From the NCBI GenBank assembly GCA_944363785.1, contig CALVVF010000004.1, positions 459-64,458 of the forward strand: 64,000 nt of DNA, given 5' to 3'. The stretch is from an uncultured Bacilli bacterium. GTDB taxonomy: Bacteria; Bacillota_I; Bacilli_A; RF39; UBA660. A program made the position numbers and the translations under genes. Within the stretch, counting starts at the first letter, position 1; every line of letters starts with the position of its first letter. Positions 10,038-20,278 of this stretch are shown here, in pieces. The notes beneath the pieces were generated by a model that was not told the origin of the DNA, searched no databases, and saw nothing but the letters and a program-made list of their open reading frames with translations.

Positions 10038-11582
10038 TTACTGATTTGAAGCTAACTCTTGTAACTTCTTCTCTTTATCGATTCTTAAAAATAATGGTTC
10101 TGGTTTAGAAACGGTATAAACTAAATCCGTAGCAAACTTTCTAGAATCACATTCCGTATTTAATTGTTTTTGAATATTTAATGCCGTATCTGGTAAGAAT
10201 GGCGCTAAGAATAAACTAGAAACACGAATTGATTCCAATAAATGATATAAAACCGTAGCTAATCGATCCTTTTTCGTTTCATCTTTGGCTAAAGCCCAAG
10301 GTAAAGTTTCATCGATATATTTATTACTACGACGAAGTAAATTAAATATCTCATCAAGGGCTGATCCAATTTCTAACTTCGCCATCTTTTCTTCTACTCT
10401 GTCTTCTAATTGATCGATCATCGTTAATAGTTCTTGATCAATTTCTTCGGTAACTTGTTGATTACTTACTTTTCCATCAAAGTATTTCTGTACCATCGAA
10501 ATCGTTCGATTAACCAAATTACCTAAAATATTCGCCAAATCACTATTTGTTCTTTCAATCAATAAATCATAAGTAAATACACCATCACTACTAAAAGGAA
10601 TCTCATGTAGTAAATAATAACGAACAGCATCTACACCAAAATGTTCAACTAAATCATCGGCATAGATAACATTTCCTTTTGATTTACTCATCTTTCCATC
10701 CCCTACAATTAACCATGGATGACCAAATACTTGCTTAGGAAGTGGTAAATCCAAACTCATCAAAAAGCAAGGCCAATAAATTGTATGAAAACGAATAATA
10801 TCTTTACCGATCAAATGTAAATCAGCTGGCCAATATTTTTGGAATTCCTCTGTACTTCCATCAGGATCATAGCCAATATTCGTAATATAATTCGTAAGTG
10901 CATCTAACCATACATAAACAACATGCTTAGGGTCAAAATCTACTGGAATTCCCCAATCAAAAGAAGTTCTAGATACACATAAATCCTGTAAACCTGGCTT
11001 CAAAAAGTTATTCAACATCTCATTTTTTCTAGCTTCTGGTTGAATAAAGTCAGGATGAGTTTCAATATACTCAATTAGACGATCCTGATATTTAGAAAGT
11101 CTAAAGAAATAAGCTTCCTCACTTTTCCTATTTACCTCTCTACCACAATCAGGACACTTACCATCCACTAATTGACTTTCCGTAAAGAAAGATTCACAAG
11201 GTGTACAATACCATCCTTCGTATTTTCCAAGATAAATATCTCCTTGATCAGTCATTTTTTTAAATATCTTTTGAACGATCTTCTCATGATGTGGATCAGT
11301 AGTTCGTACAAAACGATCATAACTAGTATTCATAACATCCCAAATGCGTTTGATTTCTGTTGCTACTTCATCAACGAACTGTTTTGGTGTAGTACCAGCT
11401 AATTCTGCTTTCTGTTGAATTTTCTCCCCATGTTCATCAGTACCAGTTTGAAAATAAACTTCATACCCTTTAAATCTTTTATAGCGCGCAATCGCATCAG
11501 CTAAAACAATCTCATAAGTATTTCCAATATGAGGTTTCCCAGAAGTATAAGCAATTGCGGTCGAAATATAATATTTTTCCAT
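10038..11582 (-). CDS. metG: methionine--tRNA ligase (short form)
   Basis: HIGN and KMSKS motifs. Start set at MEKYYISTAIAY (GAAGGG RBS) rather than the 13-codon upstream extension. Confidence 0.92.
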   Translation of the reverse strand: MEKYYISTAIAYTSGKPHIGNTYEIVLADAIARYKRFKGYEVYFQTGTDEHGEKIQQKAELAGTTPKQFVDEVATEIKRIWDVMNTSYDRFVRTTDPHHEKIVQKIFKKMTDQGDIYLGKYEGWYCTPCESFFTESQLVDGKCPDCGREVNRKSEEAYFFRLSKYQDRLIEYIETHPDFIQPEARKNEMLNNFLKPGLQDLCVSRTSFDWGIPVDFDPKHVVYVWLDALTNYITNIGYDPDGSTEEFQKYWPADLHLIGKDIIRFHTIYWPCFLMSLDLPLPKQVFGHPWLIVGDGKMSKSKGNVIYADDLVEHFGVDAVRYYLLHEIPFSSDGVFTYDLLIERTNSDLANILGNLVNRTISMVQKYFDGKVSNQQVTEEIDQELLTMIDQLEDRVEEKMAKLEIGSALDEIFNLLRRSNKYIDETLPWALAKDETKKDRLATVLYHLLESIRVSSLFLAPFLPDTALNIQKQLNTECDSRKFATDLVYTVSKPEPLFLRIDKEKKLQELASNQ

Positions 11583-11586
11583 TTTT

Positions 11587-12075
11587 TTACCCTTCTTTCC
11601 TATCGGTAGAGCCAAAACCATTCACTCTTTTCCGAGTAATTTCTTCTTCATCATCTACCGTTAAATATTTAATAAATATCATTTGACAAATCTTGTCTCC
11701 TCGATGGACCACATAATCAGTATCTCCACAGTTCTGTAAACATATCCATATATGCCCTTCATTCTCTATATTATTATAATAATCAGAATCAATGACACCA
11801 ACCTGATTACACATTCGCACCCGCGACTTAATTCCCTGACTACTACGAATCATCAACAATAATACTTCATCAGGATTCATACAGGCCTTAATACCTAACG
11901 GAATTTTCTTCACCTCGCCTGGAGCTAAAACAAAATCGATTATTGCTTCTCCATCATAACCAGCACTTTTCTTAGTTGCCCTTTGTGGTAAAGAATACCC
12001 TTGATATAAAGAAATATCATCACTAATATCTTGTTTAAATTGCTCAAAACTAATCTTTTCAAAAAATCGTGCCAT
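11587..12075 (-). CDS. dut: dUTP diphosphatase (trimeric dUTPase family)
   Basis: SAGYD, RSSQG, GVIDSDYY and GFGSTD motifs. AAGGTGGTGA RBS. Confidence 0.8.
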   Translation of the reverse strand: MARFFEKISFEQFKQDISDDISLYQGYSLPQRATKKSAGYDGEAIIDFVLAPGEVKKIPLGIKACMNPDEVLLLMIRSSQGIKSRVRMCNQVGVIDSDYYNNIENEGHIWICLQNCGDTDYVVHRGDKICQMIFIKYLTVDDEEEITRKRVNGFGSTDRKEG

Positions 12076-12093
12076 AACCCATCACCACCTTAT

Positions 12094-12320
12094 AAAAAAA
12101 ACGACTTTCTCGCCTATAAGGACGAAAAAATCGCGGTACCACCTTACTTTATGAATAAATATCCATACTCTCAACTTCTTAACGCGAATAACGGATAAAC
12201 CTACCTATCGATCTATCAGTTCCAGAACCATCTATCATACTTCCTTTATATCTCTTTTCACCCACTGAGACTCTCTTCTTATAAAATCCATATGACTCTT
12301 TCTTTCAAAACTTTTATATC
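12094..12320 (-). promoter_or_regulatory. T-box leader (probably Met-specific) with intrinsic terminator, upstream of dut-metG
   Basis: Minus-strand T-box sequence AAAGUAAGGUGGUACCGCG at 12150-12132. Terminator CGAUUUUUUCGUCC-UUAU-GGCGAGAAAGUCG plus U8 at 12133-12094. Promoter TTGAAG-17-TATAAT at 12354-12326. Candidate specifier AUG at 12238-12236. Confidence 0.8.
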
Positions 12321-12343
12321 TAGAGATTATATCATAAAGATTT

Positions 12344-12871
12344 CTACTCTTCAATATTTTTTGTCAAAAACGCATTAAACATCTTTACCGTCAACATCTC
12401 TTGTTCTGATAACGGATTATCATCAAAAATAATTACAGAACCCAAAACATCACTATCCACAATGACAGGACTAATCATATAATAGCCATTTTCTTCCTCT
12501 TCATCCACAAAAGAAAACGAAGACTCTTGATTTTCTAAATAATCCATACGATCCATACACTTATCTTGTACCAAAGAAGTAATTTCCTTGCTTAAATAAC
12601 GTTTTTCTAACTCCTTAGAACAAGCAATTACCTTATCATGATCAGTAATTAATAACTTCTTTTTCAATAATTGATCACTAATTCCTACCAATTTAGTAGC
12701 CATATCACTAAATTCATTAATTAAAGAAAACTTCTTTAAAATAATTTCACTGCCACTAATATAAAACTCTAACGTATCTCCTTCCCTAATCTTCAAATTT
12801 TTTCTTATTTCTTTGGGAATAACAATACGTCCTAAATCATCAATCCTACGAATAACACCAGTAGATTTCAT
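12344..12871 (-). CDS. spoVT: stage V sporulation protein T (AbrB-type N-domain plus GAF-like C-domain)
   Basis: MKSTGVIRRIDDLGRIVIPKEIRKNL is a SpoVT/AbrB swapped-hairpin motif. Length is ~175 aa, and the gene lies downstream of mfd as in B. subtilis. Confidence 0.85.
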   Translation of the reverse strand: MKSTGVIRRIDDLGRIVIPKEIRKNLKIREGDTLEFYISGSEIILKKFSLINEFSDMATKLVGISDQLLKKKLLITDHDKVIACSKELEKRYLSKEITSLVQDKCMDRMDYLENQESSFSFVDEEEENGYYMISPVIVDSDVLGSVIIFDDNPLSEQEMLTVKMFNAFLTKNIEE

Positions 12872-12937
12872 ATATAACCTTCTTTCTATCATTAGTCTTA
12901 CTAAGATTAAAAAAGATTATACAAAAATATATAAATT

Positions 12938-13597
12938 TTATAATTTTTCTTCTGTCTTGGCACAAATTTCTTGATAACGTACATAACCTTCTTTAGCTTT
13001 ATTAATTAAATTATTATCACGAAGCATAATTTCCATATGAAGTTTGGTTTCTAATTTACCATAAAGACGATTTTTCAAATAATCTTGAATTCTTTTTATC
13101 GTAAGTTCTCTTTTTTCTAATACAATATTTTTTTGAATATGTCGTTCAAACAAAACAATCGCATCCTTACATACAGAATCAAAAGCTAAACGACAAAAAG
13201 AATCTTTTAATTGTTTTGTTGTTTCTAAAACAAAATCATAATACTCTGTCATTTTATCTTCAGTAAATTCTAAATGACTAATTTTCTCTTCCAAATCTAT
13301 TTTCTTCTTTTCTAAGAGAACTTCAACTTCACGGTAACTATCCATCTTCATTTGATTAATAGTATCTGTAATAAATCGATAATGACCAACATAAGCACTA
13401 TCTTCATAGATAGAAATAATATTTTTAATCGCAATATCAAACTCATGATTAAAAATATTAATCAATGTTTCTAAAAGAGAAGTAATATTCTTTTCAATAT
13501 CATATTTTAAACTACTAATGAGGATGTTCTTATTTTTCTCCTTAAACATATTTAAAATATCATGATCCATTCCTATCACCCTTATTGTATTCATCAT
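12938..13597 (-). CDS. hypothetical protein
   Basis: 219-aa track ORF. No family recognised. Confidence 0.5.
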   Translation of the reverse strand: MMNTIRVIGMDHDILNMFKEKNKNILISSLKYDIEKNITSLLETLINIFNHEFDIAIKNIISIYEDSAYVGHYRFITDTINQMKMDSYREVEVLLEKKKIDLEEKISHLEFTEDKMTEYYDFVLETTKQLKDSFCRLAFDSVCKDAIVLFERHIQKNIVLEKRELTIKRIQDYLKNRLYGKLETKLHMEIMLRDNNLINKAKEGYVRYQEICAKTEEKL

Positions 13598-13670
13598 AAC
13601 AGGTTATAAAAAAATAGTCAATTATGAGTAAATAAAAAGAAATTTGAAATTTAAAAAAAAATATCCACTA

Positions 13671-14078
13671 TTATACTAGAGGATATTTTTCTTGACACAT
13701 ATATAAACGTTTACGCTTCTGATAATCATGAGCTGATTCTTCTGGTAAATGGTACATAGAAGCATAAGCTATAGGATAAGCAAGCAAATCTTTTTCTATT
13801 AAAATTGAAAAAATTGTTGGATCAATATAAATACTAGAAACCATCGTAGAATTCGTAAGAGAATCACAATTTCCAAAATGTATAACTTCTTCGGTATCTT
13901 TTAGTTGCATAAGACAGTCAGGTTGTAAAAATATCTTCTTAACATCTAATTGAAGAGATTCCGAATGTAGATAAAACTCATCATTGTCTAAATCTTTTTT
14001 TAATTCAAACATATAAGGAATAATATTAAAATCAAATAAGATTAGTGTCGAAGTACCTTTTAAACTGTTATTTAACAT
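13671..14078 (-). CDS. hypothetical protein
   Basis: 135-aa track ORF with an AAAGGAGAAG RBS. Confidence 0.5.
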   Translation of the reverse strand: MLNNSLKGTSTLILFDFNIIPYMFELKKDLDNDEFYLHSESLQLDVKKIFLQPDCLMQLKDTEEVIHFGNCDSLTNSTMVSSIYIDPTIFSILIEKDLLAYPIAYASMYHLPEESAHDYQKRKRLYMCQEKYPLV

Positions 14079-14210
14079 TTACTTCTCCTTTCTTTAATAT
14101 AATTGTGGCTTTGTGCAAATAAAAACACAGAAAACCACTAATCCAGTGACTCCGTGTTATAACGTGTAGGTTTCCCCTGTGCAGCTTAAATATGCACACT
14201 CACTTGACAA
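14079..14210 (-). promoter_or_regulatory. candidate structured 5' leader with a terminator-like hairpin
   Basis: Minus-strand promoter TTGACA(14245-14240)-17-TAATAT(14222-14217). Hairpins UGUGCA-N9-UGCACA and ACACGGAGUCACUGGAUUAGUGGUUUUCUGUGU plus a U-run (14157-14112), lying ahead of the RBS. No known riboswitch class recognised. Confidence 0.3.
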
Positions 14211-14351
14211 CTTATTATATTACTATAAAAATAAGATTATGTCAACTATTATTTCTTTTGATTAAGATAAGCCCAAAAATCAAGAATATTTGATTTAGAC
14301 TTAGATATCTTTCATAAAAGATTTCTTTCATTCTCTACACATGCATATTTC

Positions 14352-17300
14352 CTAATTTTCATTATCCATAGCACTAAGTAGATCTACTAAATAATAAATA
14401 TAATGCTTTTCCAATTTAATAATATCTAGAATAATCATTAAATGCCCACTTAGTAATTTAAAGCGAAACATTGGACTAATTTTAAAACTTATACGGAATA
14501 CTTTTTCTCCATCTATTTTTTTAGTCATATTTTCACTAAAGATCAATTCAACTGAGTTTCTAGTTTTATTTACCTTTTCAATTTCAAATTTTTTGGCTAG
14601 TTTTTCAAACCATTCTTCATACATATAAATCAAAATATCATCATTGATTTTACCAAAACGATCACTAAGTTCATTCTTAATTTCTTCTAATTTTTCATAA
14701 GAATCGATCTCATTAATTTTACGATGAATTTCAATCTTCAAATTATCATCATCCGTATATTCATCAGAAATATGAGTAGAAACATCCAATAATGGTTTCT
14801 CATTAAGATTTTCTTTCTCTTCTTCCAAATCATTTCCTTTTAATCGTTCAATTTCTTCATTTAAAATTTTCAAATAAAGATCTATTCCTACACTATCAAT
14901 AAAACCTGCCTGCTCACTTCCTAAAATATCTCCAGCACCACGAATAGAAAGATCACGAGTAGCTATAGAAAAACCACTACCTAACTCTGTAAAATCTTGA
15001 ATAGCATGTAGTCTCTTTACTGCGGTTTCTGTTAAAACTTTACTAGGATGATACATTAAGTAAGCATACGCAATTTTATTACTTCTACCTACCCTTCCTC
15101 TAATCTGATACAATTGACTAAGTCCAAACCGATCAGCATCTAAAATAATAAGAGTATTTACATTAGGAATATCTATTCCTGTTTCTATAATCGTCGTACA
15201 TAATAAAATATCATACTCATGATCGATAAAATCGAGCATCCTAGATTCCAATTCTTCTTTAGATAATTGTCCATGTGCACATATTATTCTAGCTTCAGGA
15301 ACCAATTTTTGAATTTCAAAAGCTTTTTGTTCAATTGTTTCAACACGATTATATAACAAGAAAATTTGTCCATCACGGGATAACTCTTTATAAATAGCAT
15401 CTTGAATAATTTGTTTACTCTCTTCAATAACATAAGTTTGAATTGGATAACGATCTACGGGAGGAGTTTCAATCAAAGAAAGGCTTCTAATACCGATCAT
15501 CGACATCTGCAAAGTTCTTGGTATTGGTGTAGCAGTTAAAGTCAAAACATCGACATTACTTTTATATTCTTTTATTTTTTCTTTATGCGTAACGCCAAAT
15601 CTTTGCTCTTCATCAATAATCAATAAACCTAAATCCTTAGGTTGAACATCAGAGCTAAGAAGACGATGAGTTCCAAAAACCACATCGATTGTTCCTTCTC
15701 TTAAACCAACTAAAATCTCTTTTCGTTCTTTTGCCGTCGTAAATCGATTTAAAAGAGCAATATTAACAGGAAAGCCATGAAATCTTTTTAAAGCATTTTG
15801 ATAATGTTGATTAGATAATATAGTAGTAGGACAAAGATATAAAACTTGTTTAGAATCCATTACAGCTTTAAAAATTGCTCGAAAAGCAACTTCCGTTTTT
15901 CCATAGCCTACATCACCACATAACAGACGATCCATAGGATGAGAAGACTCCATATCTTGCTTAATTTGCCTAATGGCGATTAATTGATCTTTAGTCTCCA
16001 TATATTCAAAAGCTTCTTCGAATTTTTCCTGTAAATCAGTATCTGCATGAAAAGCATACCCTTGTTTCATCTCTCGAAGTGCATAAAGCTTAATCAACTG
16101 ATCAGCAATATCATGAACTTTACTCCTAACACGATTTTTAATTCTATTCCAATCAGAACCACCTAACTTATTAACCTTAGGTGCCACTCCTTCTTTTCCA
16201 GAATACTTACTAATCAAATCAATTTTTTCAACTGGAATATAAAGTTTATCATGACCAGAATATAATACTTCAATATAGTCTTTAACTAAATCACCTACTT
16301 TTAAAGTACGGATTCCATTATAGATACCAATTCCATGAGCATGATGTACAACATAGTCACCAACAGATAATTTATGAATATCTTTAATTTTTGAAGTATA
16401 TTTAAAATGAGTTTTATACTTTTTCTTAGAAGTAGTAGCAATAAATAAGTCCTGATCAGATAAAATAACAAAATTAGAATAAGTAAATCCCTTTCCAATT
16501 GTCTTAGTAATAATATTTACTTTATCAGGAAAAATATTTTCTTCATCAGTTAAAACATAAGAAACAGATAATTCTTTTATAAAATTCTTAATTTGATAAT
16601 CTTTTAGACAAATAACAACAATCTTATTTAAATATAGCTGTTCCTTTAAATAGGAATTAATTGCCTCTATATTTTCTTTAAAAGGAGCAATTTCCTTACT
16701 TTCAAAATAATGTAATTTAATGGATGAGTCTTCTAAAAGATTATCAATAGTTAAATACTGAATTAAATGTGAAGGAGACATTTTCTCAAAAGAAAACATA
16801 TAATCATCATGAAATGTACTATCTTTCTCACTGCGATATTGAAAGCATTCTTGCATAATCATCTCATAACTTTTCTTCAATACTTGTTGATCTTTATATA
16901 TCACAATAGGATCATCAATATAGGAAAGGATAGAAACAACAGTATTAGAATACTGTTTTAAATATTTTTGTTTTTTTACAACATTTTCTGGATAAACCTC
17001 TAATAAAAAATCAGTATAAGGATATATAGAAATGGTAGATATTTCTTCAATTGACTTTTGTGTTTCTTCATCAAAATAACGAATAGACTCAATCATATCA
17101 CCAAAAAACTCTAAACGAATGGGGTGGTTTAAGCCAAGTGGAAACACATCAATAACGAAACCACGAACCGCAAATTCACCAGTTCTAGTAACGATAGATT
17201 CACGATGATAACCCATATTAGCCAAATATTGTACTAATTTTTTAGGTTCAATTTCATAATTTAAAGATAAAGCTAAACGATGATTCTGATAAACTTCCTT

Positions 17301-17663
17301 AGTTGGTAAATAACGCAAATACCCCATTAAATTAGTAACAACGACATTAGGTTGGTTATTTTCAAGCAAAGCATTAATTGTTTCTAATCTCGTTATCATT
17401 AAATCTGGGCTAATCGCAATAGCTTCACTCGTTAAAAAATCATCCATAGGAAACAAAAAAGTTCTATCATAATAAGTATTAATAGAATTATATAACTGGT
17501 TAGCCTCATACAAAGTAGATGTAACAATAAGAATCGATTTGTTAGTCTGACAAACAAGATCATTTACATAAATGCCAAAAAGCTCATCTGTCAAACCAGA
17601 CAAGCCTATATGATCAACATTAGATATCTTGATTATTGAATCAAAAAAACGCAAAGTAATCAC
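14352..17663 (-). CDS. mfd: transcription-repair coupling factor Mfd
   Basis: 1103 aa with helicase motifs GDVGYGKTEVA and DEEQRFG. Sits between pth and spoVT. Confidence 0.95.
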   Translation of the reverse strand: MITLRFFDSIIKISNVDHIGLSGLTDELFGIYVNDLVCQTNKSILIVTSTLYEANQLYNSINTYYDRTFLFPMDDFLTSEAIAISPDLMITRLETINALLENNQPNVVVTNLMGYLRYLPTKEVYQNHRLALSLNYEIEPKKLVQYLANMGYHRESIVTRTGEFAVRGFVIDVFPLGLNHPIRLEFFGDMIESIRYFDEETQKSIEEISTISIYPYTDFLLEVYPENVVKKQKYLKQYSNTVVSILSYIDDPIVIYKDQQVLKKSYEMIMQECFQYRSEKDSTFHDDYMFSFEKMSPSHLIQYLTIDNLLEDSSIKLHYFESKEIAPFKENIEAINSYLKEQLYLNKIVVICLKDYQIKNFIKELSVSYVLTDEENIFPDKVNIITKTIGKGFTYSNFVILSDQDLFIATTSKKKYKTHFKYTSKIKDIHKLSVGDYVVHHAHGIGIYNGIRTLKVGDLVKDYIEVLYSGHDKLYIPVEKIDLISKYSGKEGVAPKVNKLGGSDWNRIKNRVRSKVHDIADQLIKLYALREMKQGYAFHADTDLQEKFEEAFEYMETKDQLIAIRQIKQDMESSHPMDRLLCGDVGYGKTEVAFRAIFKAVMDSKQVLYLCPTTILSNQHYQNALKRFHGFPVNIALLNRFTTAKERKEILVGLREGTIDVVFGTHRLLSSDVQPKDLGLLIIDEEQRFGVTHKEKIKEYKSNVDVLTLTATPIPRTLQMSMIGIRSLSLIETPPVDRYPIQTYVIEESKQIIQDAIYKELSRDGQIFLLYNRVETIEQKAFEIQKLVPEARIICAHGQLSKEELESRMLDFIDHEYDILLCTTIIETGIDIPNVNTLIILDADRFGLSQLYQIRGRVGRSNKIAYAYLMYHPSKVLTETAVKRLHAIQDFTELGSGFSIATRDLSIRGAGDILGSEQAGFIDSVGIDLYLKILNEEIERLKGNDLEEEKENLNEKPLLDVSTHISDEYTDDDNLKIEIHRKINEIDSYEKLEEIKNELSDRFGKINDDILIYMYEEWFEKLAKKFEIEKVNKTRNSVELIFSENMTKKIDGEKVFRISFKISPMFRFKLLSGHLMIILDIIKLEKHYIYYLVDLLSAMDNEN

Positions 17664-18233
17664 CTATTTCTTATTTTTTGTATTGTATTTAGAGATTAGC
17701 GTATCAAATGGTAAAATAAAATAATCATCTAAGACCAACATAATTGTATCTATAACTGTATTCAAAACCTGATTATCTTCTTTAGATAAATGACCTAACA
17801 CATAATCTTTAGTATCTATTGTTTTATCATTAGATATACCAATTTTAATTCGTTTATATTCTTGAGTTTTTAAATGTAATTCGATATTTTTTAAACCATT
17901 ATGTCCTGCCGAAGAACCCTTTTTCTTAATCCGAAAATTACCTAATGGTAAATCCAAATCATCATGAATAATTAAAATATCATCAATAGAAATATTAAAA
18001 TAATTGACATATTGATGAATGACTTCCCCACTTAAATTAATATAAGACTGAGGTTTCAAAAGGATAACTTTCTCACCATGAATAAAACATTCCCCATATA
18101 ACCCAGAAAACTTTGACTGCCGAATAGGACACCCAATTTTTTCTGCAAAAGCATCAATTGTCAAAAAACCAATATTATGTCTTGTATTTTGATATTCCCT
18201 TCCAGGATTACCTAAACCAACAATCAATTTCAA
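17664..18233 (-). CDS. pth: peptidyl-tRNA hydrolase
   Basis: MKLIVGLGNPG...TRHNIGF motif. Confidence 0.95.
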   Translation of the reverse strand: MKLIVGLGNPGREYQNTRHNIGFLTIDAFAEKIGCPIRQSKFSGLYGECFIHGEKVILLKPQSYINLSGEVIHQYVNYFNISIDDILIIHDDLDLPLGNFRIKKKGSSAGHNGLKNIELHLKTQEYKRIKIGISNDKTIDTKDYVLGHLSKEDNQVLNTVIDTIMLVLDDYFILPFDTLISKYNTKNKK

Positions 18234-18306
18234 ATTATCACCTCATTATAATACTAATTATTAATCTTTCAAAATCAATAACTATCCTCATTCTTTCCTC
18301 TTAAAT

Positions 18307-18322
18307 TATTTCCCGGGAAATA
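18307..18322. promoter_or_regulatory. Noc-binding site (NBS), isolated copy, in the rsmI-pth intergenic gap
   Basis: TATTTCCCGGGAAATA inside the palindrome AATTATTTCCCGGGAAATAATT. It matches the B. subtilis NBS consensus exactly. Confidence 0.7.
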
Positions 18323-18373
18323 ATTTCTAAGGTTATATTCATATTTTTGTATCATTTATACATTTATAAAAAC

Positions 18374-19219
18374 TTATTTTTTAAAATGATATTCACGATA
18401 AATCACAGATTTTGGTAAATCACGTTCAACAGCTACTTTTTTGATCGCCTCTTTTTCAGTAAGACCATCTTCTAAATATAATTTTACATGATCAGAAATA
18501 GCTAACATAGAAAAGTCCTCTTGTTCATAGTTACCCTCTACTACTAGAACCATCTCACCTTTTAACTCTGAAACTACAGTTAATACTTCTGTGATTGTAC
18601 CACGAATAATTTCTTCATATTTCTTACTAATTTCTCGACACAAAGCTATTTTACGATTTCCTAAAACATCATAAAAAGAATGAAGAGTTTCTTCTATACG
18701 ATGAGGAGATTCATAAAAAATCATAGTACAAGGATAGTTCTTTAATAGACTTAATTCTTGCTCTCTTTTTGTTTTTTTACTATTTAAAAATCCATAGAAT
18801 AAAAAAGGAGATGGGGATAAACCAGACATCGTAAGGGCAGGAACAAATGCGGTTGCCCCCGGTAGACTAACAACTGGATAACCTGATTCAATCACATGAC
18901 GACTAACACGATAACCAGGATCACTAATAATAGGAGTTCCACGATCAGTAACTAAGCCAACTACCGCACCATTTTCTAATTCCGAAACAACCATGTTCTT
19001 TACTTGTTCTTCATTATGGTCATCGCAATGAATTAATTTCTTCTTAATATGTAAATAATTTAATAATTCTCTAGTTACTCTTGTATCTTCACATAGTAAA
19101 AAATCTACGCGTTCTAGTAAATGAATTGCACGTAAAGTAATATCTTCCATATTCCCAATTGGAGTAGGAATTAAATATAAAATAGATTTCTCTTGAGCAT
19201 AACTTTTCTGTCTCATCAC
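18374..19219 (-). CDS. rsmI: 16S rRNA (cytidine1402-2'-O)-methyltransferase RsmI
   Basis: LYLIPTPIGN and EDTR motifs. The position matches yabC. Confidence 0.9.
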   Translation of the reverse strand: MMRQKSYAQEKSILYLIPTPIGNMEDITLRAIHLLERVDFLLCEDTRVTRELLNYLHIKKKLIHCDDHNEEQVKNMVVSELENGAVVGLVTDRGTPIISDPGYRVSRHVIESGYPVVSLPGATAFVPALTMSGLSPSPFLFYGFLNSKKTKREQELSLLKNYPCTMIFYESPHRIEETLHSFYDVLGNRKIALCREISKKYEEIIRGTITEVLTVVSELKGEMVLVVEGNYEQEDFSMLAISDHVKLYLEDGLTEKEAIKKVAVERDLPKSVIYREYHFKK

Positions 19220-19226
19220 ATTCTCC

Positions 19227-19556
19227 TTATTTTAACCGTTTCAATTCCTTAATTAATCCGCGTTTACGTGCATAAGGATACAAATTAAAATCATATAAAT
19301 GAGAATTATCACTTTGTTCACTAGTTAAATTACCATGAAAAGCATTTCTTAATTGCTTAAGATATTCATTATGTAGACCATCATAGACAATATAATGCTC
19401 AGATGGTAAAGTCTTTTTTAAATGGTATAGAACTGACACGGTATCCTTAGAACTTAATCCAAAAAAAGCTTCTGTCACTTGTACTTTACCGGCCATACAT
19501 GGAAAAGCATATTTTCTAATTAATTCTTTTTCTTCATTTCGATCCATTAGTTTCAC
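19227..19556 (-). CDS. hypothetical protein (occupies the yazA position but has no GIY-YIG motif)
   Basis: 109-aa track ORF. Confidence 0.5.
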   Translation of the reverse strand: MKLMDRNEEKELIRKYAFPCMAGKVQVTEAFFGLSSKDTVSVLYHLKKTLPSEHYIVYDGLHNEYLKQLRNAFHGNLTSEQSDNSHLYDFNLYPYARKRGLIKELKRLK

Positions 19557-20277
19557 TCTCCTTAAACATATTTAAGACTTCATCAGTATAACTTCCATCT
19601 GAATGATGTACATATAATGGCGGTAATATTTTTAATCCCGTTCTTCCATTTTTACGAAACTCAATTAATACCAAATTAGAATCCGTATTTTCTTTTGGAT
19701 AAACCAAACGAAGTCTTTTGACCTCTAAATGATACTGATTAGCTAAATGAATAATTTCGATTAAGCGATCAGTTCTATGAACCATTCCCAGTACCCCTTG
19801 ATTTTTCAAAAGATAAAAAGATAAGGAAAAGATATCTTCCAAAGTAATGAATTTTTCATGACGAGCGATCACCTTATGTTCATCATCATTCAAATGACTA
19901 GTCTTATGATACTTAAAATATGGTGGATTACAAGTAATTACATCAAAAGTATCAGGCAAATAAATATCTCTTAACTTCTTCATATCTAAATGAAGTAACT
20001 CTATTCTATCACGTAAATGATTATAATCAATGTTTTTTTGTGCTAAACGATACAGGTCTTCTTGAATCTCTACTGCCACAATCTTCGCTTTTGTTTTCAA
20101 AGATAAAATCATAGGAATAGGTGCATTTCCAGTTCCTAAATCTAAAACTCGATCAATATTATGATTTAAAGTAACAAAGTTAGGTAACAATACTGAATCT
20201 AATGAAAAAGAAAACCAATCTGTATTTTGAAAGATTTTAAAATTTTGAAATCCAACTAAGTCATGTAATACTTCCAT
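19534..20277 (-). CDS. trmN6: SAM-dependent tRNA (adenine37-N6)-methyltransferase, YabB/TrmN6-like
   Basis: DLGTGNA and NPPYF motifs. Synteny with yabB. Confidence 0.7.
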   Translation of the reverse strand: MEVLHDLVGFQNFKIFQNTDWFSFSLDSVLLPNFVTLNHNIDRVLDLGTGNAPIPMILSLKTKAKIVAVEIQEDLYRLAQKNIDYNHLRDRIELLHLDMKKLRDIYLPDTFDVITCNPPYFKYHKTSHLNDDEHKVIARHEKFITLEDIFSLSFYLLKNQGVLGMVHRTDRLIEIIHLANQYHLEVKRLRLVYPKENTDSNLVLIEFRKNGRTGLKILPPLYVHHSDGSYTDEVLNMFKESETNGSK

Positions 20278-20278
20278 T

